Positions 63,989-64,000 of a stretch of DNA of 64,000 nucleotides are shown here, in pieces (within the stretch, counting starts at the first letter, position 1; every line of letters starts with the position of its first letter). Source of the stretch: Chrysomallon squamiferum (Eukaryota; Animalia; Mollusca). The notes under the pieces were generated by a model. The model was not told the origin of the DNA and searched no databases. It saw nothing but the letters and a program-made list of their open reading frames with translations. Location of the stretch: the NCBI GenBank assembly GCA_012295275.1, contig CM022670.1, positions 5,332,001-5,396,000 of the forward strand, in the 5' to 3' direction. Both the position numbers and the translations under genes were made by a program.

Positions 63989-64000
63989 CAGAGCAAGTCG

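Overview
AT-rich, microsatellite-dense animal genomic DNA (probably mollusc/lophotrochozoan; inference). (1) A 16-exon plus-strand gene (15289-52177, 706 aa, every splice phase checks out) encodes a probably secreted or GPI-anchored cysteine-rich protein. It has two related modules separated by a single-exon ShKT domain. (2) There are 15 near-identical tRNA-Phe(GAA) loci: 13 intact and 2 interrupted. Each carries a conserved 5' leader and 28-nt 3' trailer. Eleven are on the minus strand within introns 1 and 3 (or the duplicated intron-1 copy), and four form an inverted cluster downstream of the gene. (3) A Tx1-clade non-LTR retrotransposon inserts inside tRNA genes at tRNA positions ~21-24. 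Its near-full-length copy (8247-14441) carries two nested 3' transductions, each made of the 3' part of a different tRNA-Val(AAC) locus, its flank, AATAAA and a new poly(A). This reads as a record of three successive tRNA-targeted jumps (Val, Val, Phe). A 5'-truncated copy interrupts another tRNA-Phe at the equivalent site. (4) Bases 1-8246 recur at 15967-24160 across a 200-N gap. These are most likely two haplotypes, giving filled and empty alleles of the insertion.
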